Source: Macrostomum lignano (lineage: Eukaryota). Taken from it: a stretch of 64,000 nt of DNA. Below the pieces are notes generated by a model. The model did not search any database. It worked only from the letters and a program-made list of their open reading frames with translations, and was not told the origin of the DNA. Positions 11,873 to 24,029 of this stretch are shown piece after piece. A program made the position numbers and the translations under genes. Each line of letters begins with the position of its first letter. Position 1 is the stretch's first letter. The stretch covers positions 496,001 through 560,000 of the forward strand of contig NIVC01000151.1 in assembly GCA_002269645.1 (NCBI GenBank), given 5' to 3'.

Positions 11873-12295
11873 CAGGGGCGTCGCCATGGATTTTATGGTG
11901 GGGAGGACAAAGCCAAGAATTCAACATGTACATGACTAAATTTTGGCACTCATTTTGGCGCCACAGGCACTCATTTTGGCGCCACAGGCACTCATTTTGG
12001 CGCCACAGGCACTCATTTTAGCGCCTTAGGCACTCCTTTTAGCGCCGCAGGCACTCATTTTAGCGCCTTAGGCACTCCTTTTAGCGCCGCAGGCACTCAT
12101 TTTAGCGCCGCAGGCACTCATTTTAGCGCCACAAGACTCATTTTGGCGCCGAAGGCGCGATATTTTGGCGCCCTGAAGAAAATTATTGATTACTACGACT
12201 CACAAGGTGGGGTGGGGGCCAAAGCATTGCCATGCCCCATATCTTTTACTGGGGGGCCATCCCCCTGCCCCCCCCCACCGGTGGCGACGCGCCTG
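11873..12295. mobile_element. hAT-type MITE with internal 20-bp tandem repeat
   Basis: TIRs CAGGGGCGTCGCCA / TGGCGACGCGCCTG; 8-bp TSD CGTCTTAG / CTTCTTAG (1 mismatch); internal GGCACTCATTTTGGCGCCACA-like repeats. Confidence 0.7.
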
Positions 12296-13130
12296 CTTCT
12301 TAGTATAGTTCTGGTAGCGTCTTAGTATAGTTCTGGTAGGCCTGAGCGGTCTTCTGGTACATGCACTATTCTTCAGTCTGGGCGTTACCGAGATTAGAAG
12401 GTCACGGCGTTACTCTTGGTATCCCCTTGACTCCCAGTTCCCTTCCCTTAGCGGATATCTCCGGATGCTTATTAGGATTTCTCACTGCAAAATGACTAAC
12501 ACTTATTAATCTGATAATGAATTTAATGAACTTTCCTAGAAACTTATAAACGCTTCCACAGTAGTATAGTAGTAGTAGTATAGACGCAGAGGACTCAAAG
12601 AGCCATATAGCGCACAAGCATGCTTCATGGTGCCAGCTCGTCCACGTACGTGAATAAAACTATTCATGCTTCATTGCGGAAGGTTCAATTCATCCATGCT
12701 TCGGACACGCTTGGGCTGAGGCTTTGCTTCGTCTCGACCAAAGATCATGTAAACACAAGATGAGCATTAACCGCTTATGTGGTCATAGAAGCTAATGTAA
12801 AAAAATTTGCATCTCGCGACAGCGTGAAAATAAACTACTGAACTCAATTTCGTCAGTAGTCTACTAGAGCATCCAACAGGCCGTTGCCGAGCGCCTTACT
12901 GAATCCAATTCCAGACACAGGCAAGCCAGTGTACTGATTGAACATTCGCCCACGGCCACGGAGTTGGCATACAAAGTCGATTTCTTCACGCTGCAACCCA
13001 GAAATCTCGCCTCCTTCTATCATGTTCTCAGAACGCACTTTGTCAGTCGTTCTTTTAGGCGCAGAGCTAAAATGAAATACAGTTTGCATTTTGTGCCATA
13101 GACAAATTCCATTTTCTTGCGGGCCAAGAA

Positions 13131-13441
13131 CATGGAGGAAAGAATAGAATGGAGTGCTAATCTGAGCCAGTTATTTTTGTCTCACTCGATCTTCACTTTT
13201 AACATCCCTTTCCCCCCGTTCTTTCCAATTGGCTCGTGACTGCCATAGACAAAGTATTTTTCGTCTCGTTTTCGTTTTTGTTCCACTCTGAAAGGTCTGT
13301 CCCAGCATAGTACGAGCTCGCATCAAAATATGCTTTCAGCCAATAGGAAGGAACAGGGGGAGAGGGATGTTAAAAGCGAAAATCGAGCGAGATAAAAATA
13401 ACTGGCTCAGATTAGCACTCCATTCTATTCTTTCCTCCATG
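13131..13441. mobile_element. MITE with ~105-bp TIRs inside a nested MITE cluster (about 13095-14520)
   Basis: CATGGAGGAAAGAATAGAATGGAGTGCTAATCTGAGCCAGTTATTTTT... is mirrored at 13340-13441. Neighbouring CCATAGAC/GTCTATGG termini and a CAAGACTATA...TATAGTCTTG pair (13609-13881). Confidence 0.7.
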
Positions 13442-14731
13442 GCCGAGAATCGGACTGCGAACAAAGGGACTTTAATGGAGTTCTGCCGACTGCAGTGCTA
13501 GAGAAAAATGGATCCTGTGTTCTATTTTTTCTATAAGTGAGTACCTCTGAACGCCACTTGGGCATTGAACTACTCCATGTACTATAAAGACGGCGTGGGT
13601 TACACCACAAGACTATATTAAATCGTTACTGTTGTCCTCTTTGTAATGTTGCACTTTTAACGTTTTAAATACAATCGTTTTGGCTTCGTCTATGGCCCAG
13701 CCCGATATCGGGCAGAGAATGGGCCGTTTCTTAAGCATTGTAACACGATATAAATGTGTAAAAGCGTGCATTAAAACGCTAAAAGCGTGCTTAAATGGCT
13801 CGTGATCGCGTATTGGCTGGAGTCATTTAATGCACGAGAAATATATATCGTGTTACAATACTACTCAATACTATAGTCTTGCCCGCAAAATCAAGCAGGA
13901 AAATAAGATCAATGGTCTCGACTCATGAACAACTCCTCAAGGCCATTCGCGGCCACAATAAATGAAACCATGCAGCCGGCAATATCTCATGGTTATTTAC
14001 ATTTAAACCACTTTAAAGCTCACTTTCAGGGAGGTTGTTGACATAGATTTTATTTTGCGGGATTCAATCGATTACTTTCCCGGACATATTGCAAGGATTA
14101 TTGTATGTATCTAAATAAACGAGCTTCTCTCTTCTCTTCCTTCGTGACTCGAGAAATTTCTTAATGAAGTTTCGTCTATGGTAAGAACATGGGGGCTTCG
14201 TCCCCACACCCCCAGCAGGGGCTTCGCCCCCACACCCCCATCCCCAACTTCAACCATAGACATACAAGTATGGCTCCGGGATTTATCTAAATACATCCCG
14301 CAAAATTAAAGTAGTTTAAATAAGATATTCTGTGTTTTTCGGTCGGTATTTCACTTAAATCCCTCGAGCCTTCAGCTCTCGGGATTTAATTACATACCGA
14401 CCTCAAACCCATGGAATAGCTTATACGTACTCGCAAAAGTCAATGTACCATGCGCATGTTTTCGTATCGTAATTTTTTTACAATAAGTTGCTGTGCCAGC
14501 CTTGCTGCCATAGACAAAAGCTCCGTTACATCGGCAAACGTATCTTGGATTGAATTCAATGCACGTAGTAGCTCGATCGTAAGCCCAAATGGGCTGCAAA
14601 AAGCTTTATTGAACTAAGCCAATCCCCGGGCCTGCTGCATGCCCATGAGCAGATAAACAGATAAATTTTGGCTTGTTTGTGTACTAACAAAAACCGCAAA
14701 TTTAATTTTACATGTACGACAAAACAAAACT

Positions 14732-15270
14732 ATGAGGCTTGCGAGTTTGGCTGCGATCATCTCTCTGATAATGGGTGAGTTATTTTGGGGAAGAATAGTG
14801 CGTCTTTTTAGAGGCTTTTACTGGCTACGCGCATGTTGGTGTCACTTTGGCGCCGAAACCTGTTTGGCTCTTGATGCACAAAAGTGGCGCTCCTGCCACC
14901 GGAAGTGGCGCTCTTGACACAAAGTGATACTCAAAATATTCCAAGTGACGCCCCAGACACCACTTTGCTGCAGTCTTGGGTAGCGCCCGATGCATTAGGA
15001 ATTTGTGGGATTTTGTCCCTATGCTGACCAACCCCTTGGCCACTCGGCGCACTTCGACCCATCTTTTCCTGAAACAGAATCAGCTGAAATTGATCCCATG
15101 AACTCCTGACAGGATGCGCAGCGGCCTGCGCCGGCACCAAATGCCTCCCAAAAGGATATTTCTGCGACGAAAAGCTGCCGTCCTACCGCTGCTGCCAGCC
15201 TCTGAGTTGCGTGCGCGTCGACTCCAATGACTCAGTTGGCTACAGCCACCTGCGTGAGCGCTGCTTGTAG
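14732..15270 (+). CDS. Secreted inhibitor-cystine-knot (knottin) peptide, 66 aa; exons 14732-14774 and 15113-15270
   Basis: ATG...ATG G|GTGAGT phase-1 donor and CTCCTGACAG|GA acceptor join to MRLASLAAIISLIMGCAAACAGTKCLPKGYFCDEKLPSYRCCQPLSCVRVDSNDSVGYSHLRERCL*. This is a signal peptide plus the C-x6-C-x8-CC-x4-C-x17-C framework. Confidence 0.8.
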
Positions 15271-15959
15271 GCTGCGGTCAAATTCAAATTGACTGATGCT
15301 CTGTTGGCTTTGCTGGAGATTTTTTTAGCGGGCGCACATCTGATATGTCTATAGAACATTGGAACTGTGTCCTTGTTTGCTTACCAAGAGTCCAAGCTTG
15401 GATCTCAGTATCTACTCTATGCACACACACACACACACACATATTCCATAAAAAGTCCAACATACGTAAAATTTTCAAAGAGATCAGAGAGAGGTTCTGA
15501 CTATTTAATTATATCATTTTCAATTAAGAAACTTAATTTACATGTATGTGATGTGATGGCTTTCAGTTTCCATGGTCGAAGCTCGTTGTTTCCATGGACC
15601 CGATTCTTTTCACTGGCAGGATTTTTAATGATTTTTAATAAGGAATTTCAACGTTTTACAACTGAGGGTATTAGAACAAGGCTTAGAATCTGCCACATTG
15701 GCACGCAGTGAATAATTTAAATAAAAAAATATTTCGCAAGGTATCCTCAACTATACATGTAGTACTCAAGTTAGAATTCGCGCCGGTCGTCATCCAGACG
15801 CGCGCCCCATATATTTGCCTCGTGGTCTCTCTAGTTTGGCTGATAAGACCTCAAGCAGCGAGAAAACCTCAACTGCTTGACATCCTCAGCTTGCATGTAG
15901 GCTCTCAATCATTCATCATTACCCTTGAGAGTCCATGACAGGCGCTAGGTGACTATTAG

Positions 15960-16250
15960 CAGGGTCGTCGTCACCCCGGATTCTATGGTGGGGGATAATT
16001 TCAAGAATTCTACATGACTGAATTCCTAGGTTATTTTCGAAATCAGTGTTCATATCACTCATTTTTACGCTTGCGGACACTCATTATTTTGGCGCTGCAG
16101 GTATTTTTCGGCCCCTGAATCAAAATTAATTGAATTACATTACGGGTCACAAGGTGGGGCTGGGGATAAATAATTGGCATGTCCCCTCAAAAATTTTTTT
16201 TTGCATCGTGCCACTCCGTCCACCTGTCCCGCACTCGTGCCGGCACTATG
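15960..16250. mobile_element. Degenerate relative of the 11873 hAT MITE
   Basis: CAGGGTCGTCGTCACC..GGATTCTATGGTGGGG, CACTCATTTTT, TTTTGGCGCTGCAGG and CACAAGGTGGGG blocks occur in the same order as in 11873-12295. Confidence 0.45.
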
Positions 16251-17521
16251 ATCGACTTTGTTTTAAAAGCAAAATTTCAAATTGGTATATAATAACAAAT
16301 ACTTTTAACGGCAAGGACCAAAACAGTAAACAAATAAATTGTACGACATCATTAAAAGCCAAAAATGTTTTATTTCACAAAAAATTATTTTTAAAAGATA
16401 TTTAAACATAGGTAGATACATTATTTAACACAGCCAAATATAAACCATTTAGTACTCGGTAAAACCTGCTTGCCAGCTAGCATCCAGGAACAAAAATATT
16501 CAATACATTTTTCGTTACCTGCTGTGCTAAGGCCTAATTAGATCTGAATAGACGAATAAAACTAAAATTATAAGACAAATTTTCTGAAATGCAAGTTTAT
16601 ATCAATTTTTAAAATTAAACTGTAGGCATATCTGTCTAGCCTTGCCACGGCGCCGCCTAGGCCTAACACAGTCTTAGGCCCGGTAGGGGACTACGGCCTA
16701 GCTAGAGCTAGAGGCAGAGGCTCTAAGAGTTATATTATAAATATAGGTAGCCTAGGGTATAGACATTAGTAATGTGTCCCATCTTATCTTATCTAGACTA
16801 TAGTATATTTTTTGACTAGGCCCCTAATCAACTGCTTTTTTAGTTTTCAATTTAGCATAGGCGTACTAAATATTAGTGTTGACACCATGCGCTGCTGACT
16901 ATGGAATTCTAGTTCTTGAAAATGAAAATTTAGGTGACAAACTTCCATTTTAGCACATTTCCTATGTCTATAAGCTACATAAAATGCAGTCATATTTGTG
17001 AAGGACAGCTAGGCCCTACACCTAAAACTTGCTGCGTAATTTGAATTTTGTTCTATGTAGCCTATAAAATTTTATGTTCCCATGTGCATGTTCTTCAGTT
17101 TTTCAAATAAAATGGAGAGACAGTAGAGGTGCTTGCTTCACTTTTCTCTTGCCCACATCTGCAGGCCCAAAGGCATGGCCATTGCCTCAGCTGCCAGCTG
17201 GGCTGTAGACCGCAGCAGCCTGGGCCCAGAAATACCATGCTTCTAGTTCAACTCTTTGTTATCCAATGTGAGCAAAAGGTGCAGGCAGGACCCAAAATCG
17301 TACCTGTTATATTTCTCAAAATTGCAAAAATTTTGACCAAAATACAATTAGGCTATACCATAGTTAAAGCAAATTTTATTAAACATAATCATAGGCCTAA
17401 ATTAAGGAATTGTTAACTTATGTAATTATTTGTACTTAAACAAGTTAATAGAATGATAGCTCTAGTGAAATAAAAAAAATAGTTATATAATATCTTTAAA
17501 TATTCTACATTTGACTATAGT

Positions 17522-18804
17522 TAGGGACTTCAGTGAGTTATAAGAAGTGCGTGCCAATGGCAAAAAAGTAACAAAAAAGTTCAATTTTTCAAGGGCGATT
17601 TTAAAGAAACTATAGAAGCCAGGATGAAAGTAAAATATGCATTTAAAAGGTAAAAAGGAGCTCTTTCAAATGACACCAACTGCAAGTCTAGCTTTGTTAT
17701 ACTTTTTGCACTGTCTATTTTTAAAGTTGACCATTTTTTAGGAGGAATATAAAATTGAAGCCAAAATGAATAAAAAAACAGTGGTTCAGAAAATGCTTTT
17801 TCTTAGCTGCAATGTGTTTCTTATAATGGAAACAAAGGTTTTATAGTGTAAAGGGATAATTTAGAAACATTTTTCTGGTGTTAAAAAAAAATTTTTTTTT
17901 CTTTTAATGCCCATATGGCTCTATGCAAAATTTCAAATCCAAAATTTTCCATGAAATCCTTTTCCTGCATTGTTTCTCTTTATATTTTTCATTACCTATT
18001 GACAATACAAGCACAGTAAAAAAAACCGCTTGCCAATAGCTATAGGCGCAAAAATTTTGTGGAGGTTTCTTTTTTTGATACGTTTACATGTAAAATACCC
18101 ATTGAAACGTGTATTTCGTGTTTTTTGTGAGACTCTGCCTTCCGGCAAACTAGTTCTCTGTGTCATTTAACTAATTCTGCTATGCTGAACACGATAGGCA
18201 AAACCGTTTTTTAATAAACCCATGCGCAAAGCCTGTACAGCACATTACATTGCAGTTGGGGTGTCTGTCATGCATTAAAAATTTAGGGCAAGAAGTAGAA
18301 TAGTATTATAGTAGGTAAAAACCTGAACAAAATGACACTAGCCTTGTATAAATTAAGCAAGCAGAACAGATGCTATTGTATTTTTAAAATTGCAATCATT
18401 GCGTATCTGGTTAAAATAGTCAAAATTTCATACACCCATCCTGTTTCAATTAGCTTAGCAACTTGGGCATATAAAATAATATTAAAATATATAATTCATA
18501 CAATTAACACTAAAAAACTGAACAAAATGACACCAAGCACAGTCATTTTGGTTGGCTAGAAAATTAATTACAAGTGTTCAAAGACAAAAAGCCAACTTTT
18601 TGGCCAAAAATGATCACAAACCGTAATGTAAAAATTCCATTGGCTAAAGGCACAAATCGGGGTTACTAAAATAGCTGTAGTTTCCTTATTACTCAACCAA
18701 ATCACTAAAGTTTGGCCATTTTGGAAATGGGAAAGTAAGATCTATCTAGTGAAATAGCAGCCTATAACAATTTCTGAAATTTAATTTTCTCACTGAAGTG
18801 CCTA
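17522..18804. mobile_element. Non-autonomous DNA transposon, 1.28 kb, AT-rich
   Basis: TIRs TAGGGACTTCAGTGAG / CTCACTGAAGTGCCTA flanked by the direct repeat CTATAGT (17515-17521, 18805-18811). No transposase ORF. Confidence 0.6.
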
Positions 18805-20747
18805 CTATAGTCCACTTAGTTGATGCCCACATCTCATGGCTCATGCTTAAGTTTAAGTCATGTATTATTAACCAAGGGGATGAAGTGTGTCTAATAGATG
18901 GCTTATATCTGAAGCCATGGTTGCAATCAATAAATCAGACTTAAAATTATTGATAGCCAAATTTGCTTAGATTGATACAAAATTTGCTTTTGCCAAATTT
19001 GTCTATATTAAATTCCTATTGCCAAATTTGTTTGTCACTGAGTTTGCATGCATCCATTAAAAATGATAGACCGTGTTTAAATCTTGCATACTAAAAGTAA
19101 AAATTAATGATATTTAATATAATTTACTGTTTCCTTAAAAGACCACAAATTTTCTATTAGATACCTAAATTTCAAATGATAAATTAACAGAGCCTAAGAA
19201 ATGAGCATAAAAACTTTTTGGAGGGTTGGCTATTTTATTTTTAATTATTTGTTTAAGTAATCTTAGTATCTTTCAGTTTGGTTCCTTAATTTAGACATAA
19301 GATACTAAATAGCTTTAGTTAAATAAAATAAATTAGTCCAATAAATTAAATAATTATTGCAAGTTAATCCAATGTAGTTAAATGAAAAGTTAATAATCAA
19401 TAGTCATTATACCCATTTTCCTATATAGGAACTATTGATCAATAGAGTAATAGAATTGATAATAACATAGAGCAATGCCTATTTATAAAGGCACGTAAAG
19501 CTTTGGCTAATTAAGTTCTATGATTTAAGAGCAATTATTAGGTTGCATGCATGTTGTACAATAATCCAATGCAGTTATTGAAGGAATTATATGGGTCCAA
19601 ACTAAATAGATTTTTAACCATATATGCCCAATACCCGCTTGACCCGTCCAAACCGGATGGGTGAAATGGCTGCCAGCCAAGGTAAGTTGCAAAATAAAAA
19701 ATGTGAAAAATGAAAAATTGGGAGATTGGAGGAAAAAAGAAAGGAGAAGAAGAGAAAAGAAAAAGAAAAAAGGAGAGAGAAGAGAAAGAGGGGAAAGAAG
19801 GAAGAGAAAAGAAAAAGGCAAGAAAGTCATATACAAAGTGAAAATTAAGTTGCAGTTGCCATGGGGGAACTAAGTTGCAAATCTGAACAAAACTAAGTTG
19901 CACTGGATGGGTGAAATTTTAAGGTTGGGCATGCATGTTTTCAACTAAGAACTGTTGAAGCTTTCATATACCAAATTGCAGCAGTCTAGCTTGAATATGC
20001 AGCTGGAGCACCAACTTAAAGTTGTGTGAGTAGTCACTGAGGGTTAAACTTTCTCCATATTTTTTGTATAGTGATTATTGATTTTTTATTTTGCACTTGT
20101 ATTAGACTGATTTTCACCTTGAACTAATGTATTGTTTATCCCTTATTTCTTACATGTATATTTGTGCTCTCATATTTATTGAAATATGTACCTTAAAGAT
20201 ATATAGAAAAATGCATTGGCTATAGTAAGAATCTATGTTTATGTTTTTCATTTTTTCCTATTTGTATGATAAGCAAATGCATATCATGGTTGGTATTTGT
20301 TTTAAATATTTTTAATATGGGAAATTTCAAAAGAATTAACTGTTTTTTTATTTAAGTATTGAGCATAATTTTAAAAGCAACATATAAATTTTGTGAAAAT
20401 TTTTTTAATAGAAAATGATAAAATCACTTAAGAGATTTTTGTCTGCCTAATGTTTACTTTGTATATCGTATAAATGAGTTTTAGATATAAAACTGATATT
20501 TTCTTGAATACATACATGATTGATAGCCTTCTAAAACAGTTCCAAAAATTGTTTTATCACATCCTTTTGAAAAATGATTAAGTCAAGCAAGTATTTAATA
20601 TTGTGCCATTTTAGAACAGGACTACTTATAAGTTTAAGGCCTAACAATACAGTGTCCAATCTTATCCTAATAACATTTTGTTTTACTCTGAATGCATAGA
20701 AATATGGCCTCAATGGCAAAATATGGAATGCATGCCAGCTGTCGCCC

Positions 20748-23688
20748 ATGAGCTTCTGTTGGCAGGACTTGTCACAGCTGCCTCCAGATGCGGATGCTGC
20801 AGTGACAATCTTAGATATTTCACACAACCACTTCAGGTATGGCTTGCTTTTGTTTCTGTATGATGAACTTTTGTCTTCTACTAATAGGTCTTCACACAAT
20901 TTGCAGGCAGGTTTTCTTATTTTTGCAGGAGCCTCGATTCCTTGGCGCCATTGAAGCAGCTGAAGGTGCTCATAGCTGATGACAACGAGTTGGACAGCCA
21001 GCTGCGGCTGCCTGACTTGCCGCATTTGGAAACCCTCAGCCTCAATAAGAATAAGGCGAGTGTGCAGCGCTTGAATGGCCGAATGCACTGCCAGATCCCC
21101 AGTTGCTGGGCCACCTCACAGACCCGTTGCTGGGCCACCTCTCAGATCCCCAGTTGCTGGTCCACCTCACAGACCCGTTGCTGGGCCACCTCTCAGATCC
21201 TCAGTTGCTGGTCCACCTCACAGACCCATTGCTGGGCCACCTCTCAGATCCTCAGTTGCTGGGCCACCTCTCAGATCCTCAGTTGATGGGCCAGCCTCCC
21301 AGATCCCCAGTTGATGGGCCAGCCTCCCAGATCCCCAATTGATGGGCCAGCCTCCCAGATCCCCAGTTGATGGGCCAGCCTCCCAGATCCCCAGTTGATG
21401 GGCCAGCCTCCCAGATCCCCAGTTGATGGGCCAGCCTCCCAGATCCCCAGTTGATGGGCCACCTCACAGACCCGTTGCTGGGCCAACTCTCAGATCTTCA
21501 GTTGATGGGCCAGCCTCCCAGATCCCCAGTTGCTGGTCCACCTCACAGATCCTCAGTTGCTGGGCCACCTCTCAGATCCTCAGTTGCTGGGCCACCTCTC
21601 AGATCCCCAGTTGATGGGCCAGCCTCCCAGATCCCCAGTTGATGGGCCAGCCTCCCAGATCCCCAATTGATGGGCCAGCCTCCCAGATCCCCAGTTGATG
21701 GGCCAGCCTCCCAGATCCCCAGTTGATTGGCCAGCCTCCCAGATCCCCAGTTGATGGGCCAGCCTCCCAGATCCCCAGTTGATGGGCCACCTCACAGACC
21801 CGTTGCTGGGCCAACTCTCAGATCTTCAGTTGATGGGCCAGCCTCCCAGATCCTCAGTTACTGGTCCACCTCACAGATCCTCAGTTGCTGGGCCACCTCT
21901 CAGATCCCCAGTTGCTGGGCCACCTCTCAGATCCTCAGTTGCTGGGCCACCTCTCAGATCCTCAGTTGCTGGGCCAGCCTCCCAGATCCTCAGTTGATGG
22001 GCCAGCCTCCCAGATCCCCAGTTGATGGGCCAGCCTCCCAGATCCCCAGTTGATGGGCCAGCCTCCCAGATCCCCAGTTGATGGGCCAGCCTCCCAAATC
22101 CCCAGTTGATGGGCCAGCCTCCCAGATCCCCAGTTGCTAGGCCAGCCTCCCAGATCCCCAGTTACTTTCCCATCTCCCAGATCCTCAGTTTCTGGCCCTC
22201 ACGCACGGATCCACAGTGTCTCAGACACCGCTGATCATAACCTAGGACTGCTCTCTAAATACAAATTAGCTGTCCATGACGCCCAGCACGCACTCTCGCC
22301 CCCGCCAGATCTCTGACCTGGAGCAGCTGTGCTCCGAGCTTGGCCGCCGGGCGCCCCGCCTGGAGTTCCTCAGCCTGATGGGCAACCCGGCCGCTCCGGA
22401 CGCCATCTTCCAGCACATCAGCCGCCTGGCTGACGCCGCTGCCGCTGCTGATGACGCTGATGACTTTGTCGATTCGGCGACGCCAGACTTCGACGAGGAC
22501 GACTTCGCTCGCTACCGACTACTGGTGGCGCATCTGTTGCCCAGTCTGCGCTACCTGGACTCCAGCCCCGTCACCGACCGGGAGAGGCTCGAGGCCCGGC
22601 AGCGCGGCCGCTACCTGCTGAAGGTGCGCCTGGCCGAGAGCGACGGCCCGGCTGGCGGGGAAGACGGGGCAAGGCAGCCATACAGCCCGCTGCCCAGCCT
22701 GGCCGCCGCCCAGCCCGACTCCGTGGACAAAGGTGAGCTGGGGGCGGGAGTTCAGAGGGTGCAGATTATCCAGATCAGGTCTATAAATTACAGTAGATGC
22801 AGCTTATCCAGATCAGGTCTATAGATTAGATGCAGCTTATCCAGATCAGGTCTATAGATTAGATGCAGCTTATCCAGATCAGGTCTATAGATTAGATACA
22901 GCTTATCCAGATCAGGTCTATAGATTAGATGCAGCTTATCCAGATCAGGTCTATAGATCAGATGCAGCTTATCCAGATCAGGTCTATAGATTAGATGCAG
23001 CTTATCCAGATCAGGTCTATAGATTAGATGCAGCTTATCCAGATTAGGTCTATAGATTAGATACAGCTTATCCAGATCAGGTCTATAGATTAGATGCAGC
23101 TTATCCAGATCAGGTCTATAGATTAGATGCAGCTTATCCAGATCAGGTCTATAGATTAGATACAGCTTATCCAGATCAGGTCTATAGATTAGATGCAGCT
23201 TATCCAGATCAGGTCTATAGATCAGATGCAGCTTATCCAGATCAGGTCTATAGATTAGATGCAGCTTATCCAGATCAGGTCTATAGATTAGATGCAGCTT
23301 ATCCAGATCAGGTCTATAGATCAGATGCAGCTTATCCAGATCAGGTCTATAGATTAGATGCAGCTTATCCAGATCAGGTCTATAGATTAGATGCAGCTTA
23401 TCCAGATCAGGTCTATAGATTAGATGCAGCTTATCCAGATCAGGTCTATAGATTAGATGCAGCTTATCCAGATCAGGTCTATAGATTAGATGCAGCTTAT
23501 CCAGATCAGGTCTATAGATTAGATGCAGCTTATCCAGATCAGGTCTATAGATTAGATGCAGCTTATCCAGATCAGAGTCCAGCTCGCACCGCCCACCCCA
23601 CACGGCAGCGGCCTTCGGCAAGTCCCGCTACATCTACTACGGCAAGCACTCGGAGGGCAATCGCTTCATTCGGAACAATGACCTCTGA
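20748..23688 (+). CDS. LRMDA: Leucine-rich melanocyte differentiation-associated protein (C10orf11) orthologue; exons 20748(or 20700)-20836, 20929-21055, 22309-22732, 23609-23688
   Basis: SFCWQDL..LP, ILDISHNHF, LIADDNEL, LETLSLNKNK|ISDLEQL, LEFLSLMGNP, DF.RYR, LRYLDSSPVT.RER, YSPLPS and the terminal GKSRYIYYGKHSEGNRFIRNNDL* match LRMDA throughout. Confidence 0.92.
21090..22185. repeat. Modular 28-bp minisatellite in LRMDA intron 2
   Basis: GATCCCCAGTTGATGGGCCAGCCTCCCA and variants. Confidence 0.95.
22760..23575. repeat. 33-bp minisatellite (~25 copies) in LRMDA intron 3
   Basis: GATTAGATGCAGCTTATCCAGATCAGGTCTATA. Confidence 0.95.
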
Positions 23689-24029
23689 TTAGATGCATAA
23701 TTTCGAAATGGCCGAGCAGGATCCCTTTATGCGCAAACTTATTGCCTATTGCGAATATCGAAATACTCATTGCGTCATCAGTAAATGTCTTGGCGAAGCG
23801 CGTCTCATCGTGTTGTACTGACGCTGCGGGTTCACTAAGCCGTTAAATTTTGCTATCAAATTCTGCCCCAATCTGCTGGCTGATTGCCCATCCATACAAT
23901 GATATTCCGCGAGTTCTTTCAATTTTTAATGCGCTATAAAACCCAACAGATTTATTCACTTCTGTTTCATTGGCTTTGCGACGTCTCCTTGTGCAATTAA
24001 TGCTGGAGAACCTTAAAATGATGTACCAA

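Noticed and set aside
17129-17416. GC-rich island with a weak resemblance to a transposase HGKGPxD motif on the minus strand
   Set aside because: The match is too short and is interrupted by stops.
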